Position numbers and translations under genes: made by a program. From Bdellovibrionota bacterium (GTDB taxonomy: Bacteria > Bdellovibrionota_C > UBA2361 > OMII01), in NCBI GenBank assembly GCA_044360075.1, contig JBIKLA010000004.1:51034-115033 (forward strand): 64,000 bases of DNA, in the 5' to 3' direction. This document shows, one piece after another, positions 1-9,126 of this stretch; position 1 is the stretch's first letter; every line of letters starts with the position of its first letter. Under the pieces are notes generated by a model that worked only from the letters and a program-made list of their open reading frames with translations, had not been told where the DNA came from and did no database searches.

Positions 1-154
1 CGTTCTGCCGGAGCGTGTGCTCGGGCTCTGCGCCACCCTGCGGAAACTGCCAGTGCCCCCTGCGGTTGATCCTCTCGGCGATGAAAATCTGCCCCCGCTT
101 GTTGTATACGAGCATGCAGACGTTCGGTCGGAGTGGGAGCTTACGCTTGGCCAT
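1..154 (-). CDS. NUDIX hydrolase (RppH-like), 5' part only; gene runs off window start
   Basis: Reverse-complement of 1-154 translates MAKRKLPLRPNVCMLVYNKRGQIFIAERINRRGHWQFPQGG, matching the RppH/NUDIX N-terminal pattern (RPNVG..., W.FPQGG). The ATG lies at 152-154 on the minus strand. Confidence 0.6.
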   Translation of the reverse strand, partial: MAKRKLPLRPNVCMLVYNKRGQIFIAERINRRGHWQFPQGGAEPEHTLRQN

Positions 155-205
155 GTGTGAAGGGAGTGTCACACAAAGCCGGCGCTGAGTTAAGCCACAA
201 AACCG

Positions 206-1795
206 CTACCCGAAAGCCATCTCTGCGTCTATGAAGGCCGAGAACTGCGCCGCTGAGATGGCGCCCTGAAGCATGAGCTCCTGCAGCGAAGCTGTCCATG
301 GGATGAGAGCCCCTTTTGGGAGAGCCTCAAGGAGGCCGTGGGCCGTACGATGTTCAACGCAGGCGGCCTTGGCCCGCACGTCACGCAAATCGAGCGCCTC
401 CGTGACGAGCACTCTCCCAATGAATCCCGCTTGGGAGCATGACGGGCAGCCCTGCGGCCTAAAGACCGTACAGCCGAAGCGCGCGCTCTCGTGGTCATCA
501 ACGGCCTTGCACTGCTCGCAAAGCCTCTGCAACAGGCGTTGCGTTACGACGAGTGCCACGGCCTGCACCGAGCGCTCAGCTGGAACTCCGAGTGCCGCAA
601 GGCGCTCAAGCGCGAGGAGCGCTGAGCCGACATGGAGAGAACTCAGCGTAAGGTGCCCCGTGGAGGCCGACTCCAGGCCTATCTTGGCCGACTCTGGGTC
701 GCGCATCTCCCCGATCAGGATAACGTCTGGATCGTGCCGCAGCACCGAGCGAATCGCTCGGGGATACGAGAGGTCTTGCGCTTCGTTCACTCGCACCTGC
801 ACGATGCCCCTCAGCATCGACTCAACGGGATCCTCAACTGTAACGACGTTGCGGCCCGCACCCTTCAACTCCTGGGCGACGGCGTACATCGTAGTCGTCT
901 TGCCGCTTCCTGTCGGGCCAGTAAAGAGTATCGCGCCCTGCGTGCGCCGCATCGCGCCCCGAAGCGCCTTGAGCGTAGCCGGTTCAAGTCCCAGCAACGA
1001 AACGTTCGGGCTGCTAACTGCACCGAGAAAGCGCACCACAGCGCTCTCCCCATATACCGCCGGCAGGGTGCTCAGGCGCGCCGCTCGCTCCTTCCCAGCA
1101 ACACAAAACGAGAATGCTCCGTCCTGGGGAAGGCGACGCTGCGCAAGATCCAGGCCCGCCAGCGCCTTGAGGCGCGCAACAACCTGCTCATGAAAAGCGG
1201 GCGAATAGGGCTGCTGCTCCTGGCTTAGGAGCTCCCCATCGATCCGTATTTTTACTACCGCGCCCTCGTGAACCGGGCAGAGGTGAAGGTCTGAAGCGCC
1301 CCGGGCAACGCCGTACTCAAGCAGCGCCGCGAGAAATTTCGCCGCATCGCTGGCCGGCTCGCCATACGCCGGAGCGGCGCGAGGCGCCTCTTTCTGCGCC
1401 ACCTGGCCGCCAAAGCTCGCCATAGTCGCCGCGAGCGTCTCATCCGAGCCCAGGTAGGCGCTCACGATGGCTTCCTCAAGGGCCTCCTGGGGAACGGCGG
1501 TGAATGAGGCCTCCATGCCAGAGACAAGTCGCACTCGCTCCCGCAGCAGCGCCGAGTCGTCGCTGCTTGCGCAGTGGAGCGTTATTTTTCCCCCTGCCTT
1601 GAGCAGCGAGAGCGGAAGCACCTGCATCGCCGACGACTCGACGAAGGGAATCAGCGCCCGCGCCTCGCAGCTTGAGCAGCGCGCGATATCCCTTCCCGAA
1701 AGCTGCACAGGGCTGGATCTGGCGCCAGCAGGAAATTCAGCCCTGTGCGAGGGTGTGCCATTGAATGGTCGCTCCATGCACCTTCTATCGGACAT
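206..1795 (-). CDS. Type II secretion / type IV pilus assembly ATPase (GspE/PilB family)
   Basis: Walker A GPTGSGKTTT, Asp/His boxes, Walker B (ILIGEMRD) and a C-terminal tetracysteine motif (CEQC...CPSC). The true start is probably internal; the N-terminal ~50 aa of the ORF looks non-native. Confidence 0.85.
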   Translation of the reverse strand: MSDRRCMERPFNGTPSHRAEFPAGARSSPVQLSGRDIARCSSCEARALIPFVESSAMQVLPLSLLKAGGKITLHCASSDDSALLRERVRLVSGMEASFTAVPQEALEEAIVSAYLGSDETLAATMASFGGQVAQKEAPRAAPAYGEPASDAAKFLAALLEYGVARGASDLHLCPVHEGAVVKIRIDGELLSQEQQPYSPAFHEQVVARLKALAGLDLAQRRLPQDGAFSFCVAGKERAARLSTLPAVYGESAVVRFLGAVSSPNVSLLGLEPATLKALRGAMRRTQGAILFTGPTGSGKTTTMYAVAQELKGAGRNVVTVEDPVESMLRGIVQVRVNEAQDLSYPRAIRSVLRHDPDVILIGEMRDPESAKIGLESASTGHLTLSSLHVGSALLALERLAALGVPAERSVQAVALVVTQRLLQRLCEQCKAVDDHESARFGCTVFRPQGCPSCSQAGFIGRVLVTEALDLRDVRAKAACVEHRTAHGLLEALPKGALIPWTASLQELMLQGAISAAQFSAFIDAEMAFG

Positions 1796-1909
1796 GCGCG
1801 AGAGTAGTTGCCTCAGCGAAACATCGCCCTCAGCTTGGTGCCATCAGTCATTTTTGGATCGGATCTTCCGGGGATCTTGAACAAAAAGGGTTTTGGGGGC
1901 ACAACATGA

Positions 1910-3127
1910 TTGGAAGTTGTCATGTTCTCATCGTTCAAGCCCAATTCGTCGCTAAGCTCATCTTCGGCCCATGATGGCCTCAATTCGGCCGTTCAGGGGC
2001 TCCAGGGCGCAAGCCTCCCCCGTCTTGACCGCACTGTGGAGGTGCTCTCGGACGTTAGCAGACAGGGCCGCAAGTCTCTCGATTTCGTCATTAAGGCACT
2101 AGTCACATCGCCTGAGGTGCGGAGCTCCGTGCTTGCAGCGATCAACGAGCACCCATCGCTGCTAGAGTCTCCCAAGCGGCGTGCCGCCATCCTTGAGGCA
2201 TTAACCCCCTTCTCCGACGAAGGCGCGGTTTGCGAGCTGGCAGTCGTCTCGCTTGAGAGCCCCTACCTCAAGGCCTCGGCCCGAACGGTGTCGGCGGCTT
2301 GCGCAATTCTCAAGCCCGCACTCACCTCACTGGACGAAGAGGAGCCAGCCGTCCTCTTTCCCCTTCAGCTTGAGAGGCGAATTCTTAAAGTAGCGGCCCG
2401 GTACTCTCCGGGCGGCGGTGACACAGCCGCCGGAGCGGCGATCCTCCTGCTGCGCGAAACACCGCTTGGCACCCGCATGCAGGACAGCGTCCGCTCTCTT
2501 GCCCGCGACTGGTTCCTTGCTCGAAACCAAGGCAAGAACCCATGGCTTGCGCTCCTGAGCGAGATGCCCTCCAAGGAGAATGTTGCGTTCATCGCGTCGC
2601 TCGCCAGCGGCCGCTTGCCTGGCCCCGGTCTTGCCTCATTTCTGCGCTCCCTGGTCCGAATTCCGGTGACCTTCCATGAAGTCGCTATTACCAGCACTAT
2701 CGTCACCGTGGCCTCACGCCAGATCTGCGCCTACTTCAAGCTTCCTAAGGTCGTATCGAACGCTGCTATCGCCGCCCTCTCGGTCGGGCTCGTGGTCGGA
2801 AGCAGAAGCCTCGCCAATGCGTTCCAGGAGGACGCCATCAATAAGAGCCGCACGTGGGAGCGGGTTGAAGGCATTGCCCTGCTGTCGGCGATGCGCGCAG
2901 CGCTTGGTGACGATCCCTCTAGTGCTGCGCGCTTCTCGGTGCTCAGGATAGTCTCTGCGCTGGAGAAAGCCTCTCGCAGCCGTATGCAGCCGCCCTTCGT
3001 GCGGCAAGCAGCCACGATCGCCCTCTCCGGCGAGGTGCTCGACCCGGTTGATCTGTGGAACCAAACCGTTATTGCCGGCGACTTTGGTGAAGTGCTGCGC
3101 CAGAAGCATCAAGCAGTGCGTCTGTAA
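1910..3127 (+). CDS. hypothetical alpha-helical protein (TTG start, or ATG at 1922)
   Basis: Long ORF of 405 aa with protein-like composition and no recognisable motif. Confidence 0.45.
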   Translation: MEVVMFSSFKPNSSLSSSSAHDGLNSAVQGLQGASLPRLDRTVEVLSDVSRQGRKSLDFVIKALVTSPEVRSSVLAAINEHPSLLESPKRRAAILEALTPFSDEGAVCELAVVSLESPYLKASARTVSAACAILKPALTSLDEEEPAVLFPLQLERRILKVAARYSPGGGDTAAGAAILLLRETPLGTRMQDSVRSLARDWFLARNQGKNPWLALLSEMPSKENVAFIASLASGRLPGPGLASFLRSLVRIPVTFHEVAITSTIVTVASRQICAYFKLPKVVSNAAIAALSVGLVVGSRSLANAFQEDAINKSRTWERVEGIALLSAMRAALGDDPSSAARFSVLRIVSALEKASRSRMQPPFVRQAATIALSGEVLDPVDLWNQTVIAGDFGEVLRQKHQAVRL

Positions 3128-3164
3128 GTCCCCCTACGCGCGTCACTACGGGCATGCGTGAGAG

Positions 3165-3980
3165 CTACGGAGTATGCCGTCCCAATGAGGCTCTTAAGGC
3201 CTGCTGCAGAAGCAGCTGCTGCGCATAGCGCTGGGCCATCTCTCGCCGGTCGCGACTCTCATAAACCTCTTGATAGTCCTGGGTGGTAAGAGCTCCGAGA
3301 GCTGGTGCCCGAATGTCGCGCACTTGGTAGTCGAACCGCCGAAAGTCCTCCCATGGAAGGGCGATGAGGAGGTCCGCATTAAACCGCTCTGCCGTGTAGC
3401 CTTGCCTGGATGCGCACACGCCGGCCGTGCGGCAGCTCTTGTGCGGCTCAAGGCAATGCTCCCGAAGCGAGTCAGGGTCACCTGGTAGCGCCGCGCGGGG
3501 CGAATTTCGAATTCTATGATTAGAGCTCCAGCCGCCGTTCTGCGTCCGGCCGCCCATGTCGAACAGGATAATGCCCCCCGGCCCGGTTTGACGGCTCACG
3601 TCTTGAGCAAAATCCAATGCGTACCGCGAAAGCTCCATGAGGCCAAAGAGCTGAGCCTCGCTCCGCCGGCGCTGCAAGAAGGTAGCAACCGGAACCTGCG
3701 CGCTGCGTTGCTCAAGCATGCGGGAGAAATCCGCCTGGTCGACAGAGCACATCCCAAAATACACCAAGACCTCCCCCTGAATAACCGACAGAAGCTTGCC
3801 CTGATTCCACATGAAGACCTTGTGCAAAAGATCCACGCTGGTGTGTTTAAGCTCCTGGGCGGAGGGAAAGCGAAGGTCGGCGAGAGACGAAGCCCACTCG
3901 GGAATGGAACGGGCATCGTGCTTGGACTCTTCTCCTGCGGTGGGGAGGTTTTTTGACGGCTCTAATCGCGGCGCAAGCAT
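3165..3980 (-). CDS. hypothetical protein
   Basis: ORF of 271 aa. A competing + strand ORF, 3516-3956, is shorter. No motif recognised. Confidence 0.4.
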   Translation of the reverse strand: MLAPRLEPSKNLPTAGEESKHDARSIPEWASSLADLRFPSAQELKHTSVDLLHKVFMWNQGKLLSVIQGEVLVYFGMCSVDQADFSRMLEQRSAQVPVATFLQRRRSEAQLFGLMELSRYALDFAQDVSRQTGPGGIILFDMGGRTQNGGWSSNHRIRNSPRAALPGDPDSLREHCLEPHKSCRTAGVCASRQGYTAERFNADLLIALPWEDFRRFDYQVRDIRAPALGALTTQDYQEVYESRDRREMAQRYAQQLLLQQALRASLGRHTP

Positions 3981-4146
3981 GGAGGATGATCTTTAAAGCA
4001 TCGTTGTAGCCCCAATTGTAACGCTTCTAGGCGCCTTAAGCATACTTGGCGGGCGTTCTGGAAGCGACACGTATGGTCCATTCGCGACCAAAAGCGCCCG
4101 GGCAGCAACTTCCACGTACGCCCGCCGAATACCTTTCCTGAACGTC

Positions 4147-4605
4147 GTGAGCCACCCCCTTTTGACTGGAGAAACTTGCATGAGCCCCGAAACCCAAAGC
4201 AGCACCTGCGGAAATCCCAACATCTTCTCAAGCGTTTTTGCGCCAACAGTTAGAGACTACCTGCCAGAGCCAGGCTCAGTCGGCTCCTCCGTTCTTAACC
4301 ACACCACCAAGATACCCTCCTTCGTCGACACCGTCTCAAGAGACCTGTGTGACGATGGGCGCATGGGACGAGAGAGCCGCGATGCCGCTATCGGATTCAT
4401 CACGCGCTCATCGGCATCCGCCTTGGTGGCAGGCAGCACCGCGACGCTTGCATCGGTCGGTATTGCCACTGCGGGAGCGCCTGTTACAGCATTGGCCCTT
4501 GGCGCTGCTGCTCTTACTGTGGTCCCTCCGGCAGCCGAGTGGGTCGCAAACAAGGTGCGGTCTTTCTTCGGCGATCTCCTCGCTCGCTTTAAGGCTCAGG
4601 AGTAA
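4147..4605 (+). CDS. hypothetical small protein with Ala/Gly-rich hydrophobic C-terminus
   Basis: ORF of 152 aa. Internal ATG (MSPETQ) is possible. Sits convergent to the MotB-like gene. Confidence 0.3.
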   Translation: MSHPLLTGETCMSPETQSSTCGNPNIFSSVFAPTVRDYLPEPGSVGSSVLNHTTKIPSFVDTVSRDLCDDGRMGRESRDAAIGFITRSSASALVAGSTATLASVGIATAGAPVTALALGAAALTVVPPAAEWVANKVRSFFGDLLARFKAQE

Positions 4606-4619
4606 CGGGGCTTCGCTCG

Positions 4620-7097
4620 CTACTTTTGGTCGATCTTGACCTCGATACGGCGGTTTTTCGCGAGCGCCTCAGTTGAGCCGCCCGAGTCGAGCGGCTGGTA
4701 CTCGCCGTAGCCGATCGCGGCAAGGCGGTGCGGGGGAATTCCCTGCTCAGTCAGGAACTTCACCACCGAGATCGCTCGAGCTGTCGAAAGCTCCCAGTTA
4801 GAGGGGAAGGCGGCGCTGCTGATCGGAAGCTTATCGGTGTGGCCCACGACGCTCAGAATCCAGTCAACATCCTTGGGGAATACCTTCTCCATCTCCTTTA
4901 AAGTTTCGGCGAACTTCATCAGCTCTTGCTTTCCGCCGTCCTGAAGGTCCGCCGATGCTGAGGCGAAAAAGACCTCGGACGCGAAGACAAAGCGGTCGCC
5001 AACGATGCGGATGTCCGGCCGGTTGCTCAGCACCTTCTTGAGCTTGCCGAAGAACTCCGAGCGATACTCTGCTAGCTCCTCTGCCTTCTTGATGAAGGCA
5101 AGGTTGAGCTTCTTGTTAAGGTCATCGATATTCTTGTCCTTCGCGAGACCTTTTGCCTTCTCCTTGTCGATATCAGCCATGAGGAGCCGCAGCTTCGCAT
5201 TGAGCTCGTCGACTTGCTCGCCGATAGCGAGCAGCTGGGCGCTGAGCTCCGCCTTTGACTTCTCGCTGCTTGAGAGCTTTTGCTCATTCGAGAGCAGGCT
5301 CGCGTCTATGCTTTTCTTCTCAGCGAGAAGGCGCTTGTTTTCCCTCTCCCTCTCAGCCAAGAGTACACGCAACGCCGCCAGTTCAGCGGCAAGCTCAAGC
5401 TTGCTTTTTTCGGCGTCTGAGAGCTTCTTCTCCTTCGCCGAGAGGCTGTCGTCGAGCTTTTTCTTTTCTTTGTCGAGCGATCCCGCCAACGCTTCCTTAA
5501 GCGCCAGTGCAGCCCTAAGGTCAGAAAGCTGGGTTGCCAGGTCCCGATTCTCCCTCTCAAGCGAGGCAAGCCTCTTCTCGTTGGCCGATAGGCTTGAGTC
5601 GAGCTTCTTGCGCTCTGAGCTGAGTGCACTCGACTCCTTCTCCTTATCCGCCAAGAGCGAGCGCAGCGCCGCGAGCTGCTTTTCCAGATCAACGTTTTCT
5701 TTTTCGACGATCTCCAGTTTAGCCTCCTTCGTGGCCAGGATGTCAGCGAGTTTCTTCTTGTCGCTGTCGAGAGACCCTGAGAGCTTCTCTTTCTCACTAA
5801 GCGCAAGGCGCAGGGCCGCAAGCTGGGCTGCCAGCTCAATCTTGTCATTCTCAAGATCAGAAAGCTTTTTCTCTTGGGCAGACAAGCTGGCATCGAGCTT
5901 CTTTTTTTCGCCGCCAAGCGAATCCGACACCTTCTCCTTTTCCGCTAGCGCAAGACGCAGCGCTGCCAGCTGTGCCGCAAGCTCAAGCTTGTCTCTATCA
6001 AGCTCAGCGAGCCTCTTCTCCCTTGCCGATAGACTGGCGTCGAGCTTCTTATTTTCTCCCCCAAGTGACTCGGACGCCTTCGCCTTCTCTGCAAGGGCGA
6101 GGCGGAGAGTCTCAAGCTGCGTTGCGAGGTCGAGCTTCTCCTTCTCAAGCTCGGAGAGCCTCTTCTCCTTTGCCGAAAGGCTTGTGTCGAGCTTCTTCTT
6201 TTCGCCCCCAAGCGCCTCAGAGACCTTCTCCTTCTCGGCCAGCACAGCCTTGAGCGCCGCAAGCTGTGCAGCCAGCTCCAAGGTTGCCTTCTCCTTCTCA
6301 GAGAGCTTCTTTTCGCTTGTCGAGAGGCTCTCAGCCAGCTTTTTCTTGTCTGCGTCGAGGGTCTTCGAGAGCGTTTCCTTTTGCAGGAGGGACGCCCTCA
6401 AGGCGGCTAGCTCCGCCGCAAGCTCACGCTGCGCTTTCTCGTTTTCAGAGAGCTTTTTCTCCCTGGCAGCAAGCTTCTCGCCGACCGATGTCTTTTCAGA
6501 TTCAAGGTTCATCGCGAACCTGGTCTTTGTTGATAGCAGCGCGTGCACCGCTCCAAGCTCCTTATCAAGCCGCTGCCTCTCCTTCTCAAGCTCCGAGAGC
6601 TTGGCCGTGGCCTGTGAGAGATCAGTGTCGAGGCGCTTGCGCTGAGCCTCTATGTCATCCAGAGCTCGCTCTTTCGCCCTGAGGGCCGTGCGGATTGAAA
6701 CGACCTCTTCATCGTTTTTCGCCATCTGTTCGGCGTTCTTGTGCATGAGCTCCTCAAGCTCGGCACTGCGGACCCGCGCTGCGTCTGCTGAAGACTTTTC
6801 GGAAGCAAGCGAGGTTGTGAGACTGCGGGCCTGTTGCTCAAACTCAGCTCCTTTTCTGCGGGCCTCCTCTGCCCCCTCTTTCTCGAGGGTAAGTGATGCC
6901 GAGAGCTGCTCAAGCTTCTGGCTCAATTCACCAAGCAAAATATCCTTGTCGTTGACGGCGCTCGACAGGTAGAACTGCGCCGCTACCATGACGAGAAGCA
7001 CGACCGCAATCATCATGAGCATCGACGACAGTGCGTCAACGTATCCTGGCCACACGTCGAAGTGTCGCCGCTTTCCACGCCGGGCTGCGTAGCTCAT
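4620..7097 (-). CDS. MotB/OmpA-family protein with a giant internal coiled-coil repeat region
   Basis: N-terminus DVWPGYVDALSSMLMMIAVVLLVM resembles the MotB plug/TM with an Asp at the TM entry. The C-terminus ...GHTDKLPISSAAFPSNWELSTARAISVVKFL...NRRIEVKI is an OmpA/MotB peptidoglycan-binding domain. About 430 aa of 49-aa heptad-like repeats lie in between. Confidence 0.8.
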   Translation of the reverse strand: MSYAARRGKRRHFDVWPGYVDALSSMLMMIAVVLLVMVAAQFYLSSAVNDKDILLGELSQKLEQLSASLTLEKEGAEEARRKGAEFEQQARSLTTSLASEKSSADAARVRSAELEELMHKNAEQMAKNDEEVVSIRTALRAKERALDDIEAQRKRLDTDLSQATAKLSELEKERQRLDKELGAVHALLSTKTRFAMNLESEKTSVGEKLAAREKKLSENEKAQRELAAELAALRASLLQKETLSKTLDADKKKLAESLSTSEKKLSEKEKATLELAAQLAALKAVLAEKEKVSEALGGEKKKLDTSLSAKEKRLSELEKEKLDLATQLETLRLALAEKAKASESLGGENKKLDASLSAREKRLAELDRDKLELAAQLAALRLALAEKEKVSDSLGGEKKKLDASLSAQEKKLSDLENDKIELAAQLAALRLALSEKEKLSGSLDSDKKKLADILATKEAKLEIVEKENVDLEKQLAALRSLLADKEKESSALSSERKKLDSSLSANEKRLASLERENRDLATQLSDLRAALALKEALAGSLDKEKKKLDDSLSAKEKKLSDAEKSKLELAAELAALRVLLAERERENKRLLAEKKSIDASLLSNEQKLSSSEKSKAELSAQLLAIGEQVDELNAKLRLLMADIDKEKAKGLAKDKNIDDLNKKLNLAFIKKAEELAEYRSEFFGKLKKVLSNRPDIRIVGDRFVFASEVFFASASADLQDGGKQELMKFAETLKEMEKVFPKDVDWILSVVGHTDKLPISSAAFPSNWELSTARAISVVKFLTEQGIPPHRLAAIGYGEYQPLDSGGSTEALAKNRRIEVKIDQK
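5180..6590 (-). repeat. about nine tandem 147-bp (49-aa) coding repeats inside the MotB-like gene
   Basis: Repeated protein unit LSAKEKRLSELEKEKLDLATQLETLRLALAEKAKASESLGGENKKLDAS with variants. Both-strand ORF shadows (Ser-rich + frame) are typical of such repeats. Confidence 0.7.
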
Positions 7098-7098
7098 C

Positions 7099-8286
7099 TT
7101 AGTTCACCCGTGGATCGTTTTTCTGGTTATCCGCTGCAATGAGTCGGGCTATCGTCCGGAGCTCATCCCGGAGCAGAGTCGTGTTGTTGTCAGCCGAGTT
7201 AGAAAGCTGCTGGCTTATCTCCTTGAGGCTGATATCGACACTACGGACATGCTCCTCCACTCGGGAAGCATTTGAGGTCATAATAACCTCAGTCAGCTGG
7301 CTAAGGGCCGGTGTCGTCTCGTTTTGAAGCTGCGTGAGCTTAGCGAGAAGCACGTGGTGCGACCTCACGTTATCATTGAGGGCGGCAACGGTCTCTGCGA
7401 GCGAGCGCAGGTGCCCCTGCTCCGAGATCTGATTTTCGTGCTGCTGGCGCATCGTGCGCTGCAGGCGCTCAAGCTGATCGGTAAGGGTTGAGATGAGGGC
7501 CTCGTTGTAGGACCCCGATGCTGGGCCGGCCTGCGCCATAAGCCCTTCAGAGATAGCGGTCCGTCGGCCGAGCCACTCCTCCAGCTCCGCACAAAAGATG
7601 TTCTGCGCGCGGCCGGTTTGGAGGTCTAAGAAACCCAATATGAGCGAGCTTGCGAGGCCGAAGAGCGAGGCGCTAAATGATACCCCCATGCCAAGCAAAG
7701 GCTTCCTGAGCCCCTCCTTGAAGCCGTCGAACACGGTCTTGATATCCCCCTCTCCAACGGTCAGCCCGCCAATCACATTTCCGATTCCCGCTACGGTCTG
7801 GAGGAGCCCCCAGAATGTTCCAAGGAGCCCAAGAAGAATGAGGACGTTCATGAGGTAGCGGGAGAGATCGCGGCTTTCGTCGACACGTGTGAACACGCCA
7901 TCGAGCATCGCGCGCAGGGTCGTTGCCCCAAGGAAGGGCATTGAGTCGTTTTTTTGAAGCACTGACGCAATCGGCACGAGCAGGAAGGGAGGAGCTGAGG
8001 GTGGGACGTTTGCGCCCTTAAAGCTGTGTATCCACCTCACCGACCTATCGATGCGGGATATCTGCCGATATGCAGCGGCAACTCCGAAGGCCAGCGTCAC
8101 AAGAATGCCGGCATTAAAATACGGATTTGAGATGAAGGCCGCGGCGAGCCGTTCATACACCACTGCGCACACGGCCAGGAGCGAGACGGTGAAGATCGTC
8201 ATCGTGAGTCGAGCCATCGTTGGTCTGGTCATAGCGCTTTCTCGTGTGTGTGGTGGTGTCCGCCGGGCCCCATCGCCCCTTGGCAA
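7099..8286 (-). CDS. MotA-like proton-channel subunit (4 TM) with ~140-aa C-terminal helical tail
   Basis: LLGLLGTFWGLLQTVAGI motif of MotA/TolQ/ExbB and four predicted TM segments. The C-terminal tail is Q/L/E-rich coiled-coil-like. The start is probably MTRPTM (about 8232). It overlaps the MotB-like gene by one frame step (7097/7099). Confidence 0.8.
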   Translation of the reverse strand: MPRGDGARRTPPHTRESAMTRPTMARLTMTIFTVSLLAVCAVVYERLAAAFISNPYFNAGILVTLAFGVAAAYRQISRIDRSVRWIHSFKGANVPPSAPPFLLVPIASVLQKNDSMPFLGATTLRAMLDGVFTRVDESRDLSRYLMNVLILLGLLGTFWGLLQTVAGIGNVIGGLTVGEGDIKTVFDGFKEGLRKPLLGMGVSFSASLFGLASSLILGFLDLQTGRAQNIFCAELEEWLGRRTAISEGLMAQAGPASGSYNEALISTLTDQLERLQRTMRQQHENQISEQGHLRSLAETVAALNDNVRSHHVLLAKLTQLQNETTPALSQLTEVIMTSNASRVEEHVRSVDISLKEISQQLSNSADNNTTLLRDELRTIARLIAADNQKNDPRVN

Positions 8287-8435
8287 AAAATCCCGAGGGC
8301 CTGCGCCGAGGTACTCGCGTGGCGCACCCTCCCTCAGAGAGTTAAGATGCGTCCATTCACCGCGAGGATGCCTTGAGTCAACGAGGTAAAATGTAGTGAT
8401 ATAGAGCGCTTAGCGGCGGGTCGGGCTCAGGAGCC

Positions 8436-9122
8436 CTACTTGATGTAGCGCGTTGCTGGCAGGCTTGCCTCGGCAGAGAAGGTTTGGTCGGCGTCGACGA
8501 GTCCACTGCTATACCTGATGAGCACGCCCCCCGCGTAACGGACGGGTTCACCCCGGAAGAGGTCCTTTCCAACAAGAACCGAGAACGCGACGTGGCATAA
8601 CGCAAGGTCGAGTTGAGTCGGAAGCTCAAGCTTAGCACTAGCAAAATGAGAGGTGGTGCCCGCCAAGTCCCTGAATGGCTCGTCGACGCCGGGGTCGATG
8701 GCGATCTTGCGCGACCTCCCAAAGCAGTCGCCGTGGGCGCCGCCAAGGATCCACAACTTGAGCATACCCTGATTAATGGCGTGAAGGCCTTGATGATTTC
8801 TGGCTATCTGCTCCGCTTCCGATAGCACTTTGATCGGAGGCACATCCGCTGGAACAACGAGCGACACCCCACATTTCCCGGCCTTTGAAACGTTATAGGT
8901 GGCGATAAAACGGTCGCGAGGCGACAGGCGCAGCCGACATTCCTCAAAGCCTTTTATAGTTATCTCAAGCTGGTCGGACCACTCAGCTGCACCGACATGG
9001 TCCCCTCTTTGTATAGCTCCGTTGAAGCCCTCGGAGAGGCGGTCGGCAGCTTTTTGCAGCTCTCGCTGCGCGGCCCGATACTCGTCCAGTGTTAAGGCCG
9101 TGACGTGCTTTATCTCTCCCAT
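8436..9122 (-). CDS. uncharacterised protein, paralog family P (copy 2)
   Basis: Shares RDRFI...GVSLVVP...NHQG...DLALCHVAFSVLVGKDLFRG...VRYAGGV with ORFs 9127-9900, 16385-17167, 24510-25133 and 58951-59676. Confidence 0.6.
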   Translation of the reverse strand: MGEIKHVTALTLDEYRAAQRELQKAADRLSEGFNGAIQRGDHVGAAEWSDQLEITIKGFEECRLRLSPRDRFIATYNVSKAGKCGVSLVVPADVPPIKVLSEAEQIARNHQGLHAINQGMLKLWILGGAHGDCFGRSRKIAIDPGVDEPFRDLAGTTSHFASAKLELPTQLDLALCHVAFSVLVGKDLFRGEPVRYAGGVLIRYSSGLVDADQTFSAEASLPATRYIK

Positions 9123-9126
9123 AGCG

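Noticed and set aside
5180-6590. Possible CRISPR array (regular repeats)
   Set aside because: The repeats are 147 bp, contiguous and in-frame coding. There is no spacer structure and no cas genes.
5005-6645. 546-aa Ser/Ala-rich ORF on the + strand
   Set aside because: It lies antisense within the 147-bp tandem repeats of the MotB-like gene. The periodic low-complexity translation is a repeat shadow, not a gene.
4620-8286. Calling the MotA/MotB-like pair a Zorya (ZorAB) defence system
   Set aside because: The long coiled coil is on the MotB-like subunit rather than MotA. No ZorC/ZorD/ZorE-like genes (helicase, Mrr, HNH) were recognisable nearby. The assignment is left open.
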